Source: Takakia lepidozioides (taxonomy: Eukaryota; Plantae; Bryophyta). Taken from it: a DNA stretch of 64,000 bases. The translations under genes were made by a program, and so were the position numbers. This document shows, one piece after another, positions 63,640-64,000 of this stretch. Numbering within the stretch: the first letter of the stretch is position 1; each line of letters starts with the position of its first letter. The DNA is taken from positions 30,070,001-30,134,000 of the forward strand of contig CM060734.1 in assembly GCA_030704615.1 (NCBI GenBank), in the 5' to 3' direction. Under the pieces are notes generated by a model. It was not told where the DNA came from and made no database searches. It was given only the letters and a program-made list of their open reading frames with translations.

Positions 63640-64000
63640 AAAAACAGATCAGTTGCTTCACAAGTCTCCACCTGGGAAACAATTTGCTTGACCGTCGCCT
63701 GCATTGTCTCAATGTGACGAAGGTCGATGGCCTGGTACAAACCCACCAAGAACGTGGAGCTCATGGCTTAAGAATCTCCACAGATTCCGCAGTTTTGCGT
63801 GCGGACACCAATCCCAGCCATCCCCACCAAGAACGCGGAGCTCATGAGCTTAAGAATCTCCATAGATTCCTCAGTTTTGCGTGCGGACACCAATCTCAGC
63901 GAGTTGCCATCCTGGTTGAGCTGCTCAGTACTTTGTACATGGGTGGTCACTGGGTTGGCGTCCGAGAGGTAGGACGCCATGGCTATCTCCCCTCCCTTCA
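63640..64000 (-). pseudogene. PAL: Phenylalanine ammonia-lyase pseudogene fragment (continues beyond the window)
   Basis: [52 protein letters not shown] / LYQAIDLRHIE..ATVKQIVSQV. Contains deletions and an ~80-bp internal tandem duplication. Confidence 0.85.

Overview
Repeat-rich eukaryotic nuclear DNA from a non-seed land plant, most likely a moss or other bryophyte. This is inferred from the GT-AG introns, CYP71-clan P450, PLS-class PPR, PAL and a Tcn1-type chromovirus. Intact-looking host loci: a 3-exon cytochrome P450 (30752-33037, -), a PLP-dependent L-cysteine desulfhydrase-like gene (~61284-63209, +) and a C/D-box snoRNA cluster on the minus strand (~26590-28180) that the ORF track cannot show. 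The rest is nested mobile DNA: a Gypsy gag remnant, a DDE-type (DUF7869/Sola-like) transposase, a hAT remnant split by a full-length self-priming Tcn1-like chromovirus (TSD CTGAG), a tRNA-like composite repeat, a decayed Copia, a ~15 kb Dualen/RandI-like LINE and a PAL pseudogene. Two candidate novel systems stand out. (1) A spliced bacterial-type beta-class DNA amino-methyltransferase (N4C/N6A) gene. Three of its introns and a downstream 66-bp-period array carry the palindrome ATTTCGGCGCCGAAAT. It seems to have been contiguous with the transposase before 3.7 kb of host-gene fragments were inserted between 65-bp direct repeats. (2) A giant LINE whose polyprotein combines a 2A-like peptide, APE, RT, a chromo-like segment, a PCIF1/CAPAM-like adenine methyltransferase fold, RNase H and a restriction-like endonuclease. 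All family assignments come from motif recognition by eye; no database searches were run.
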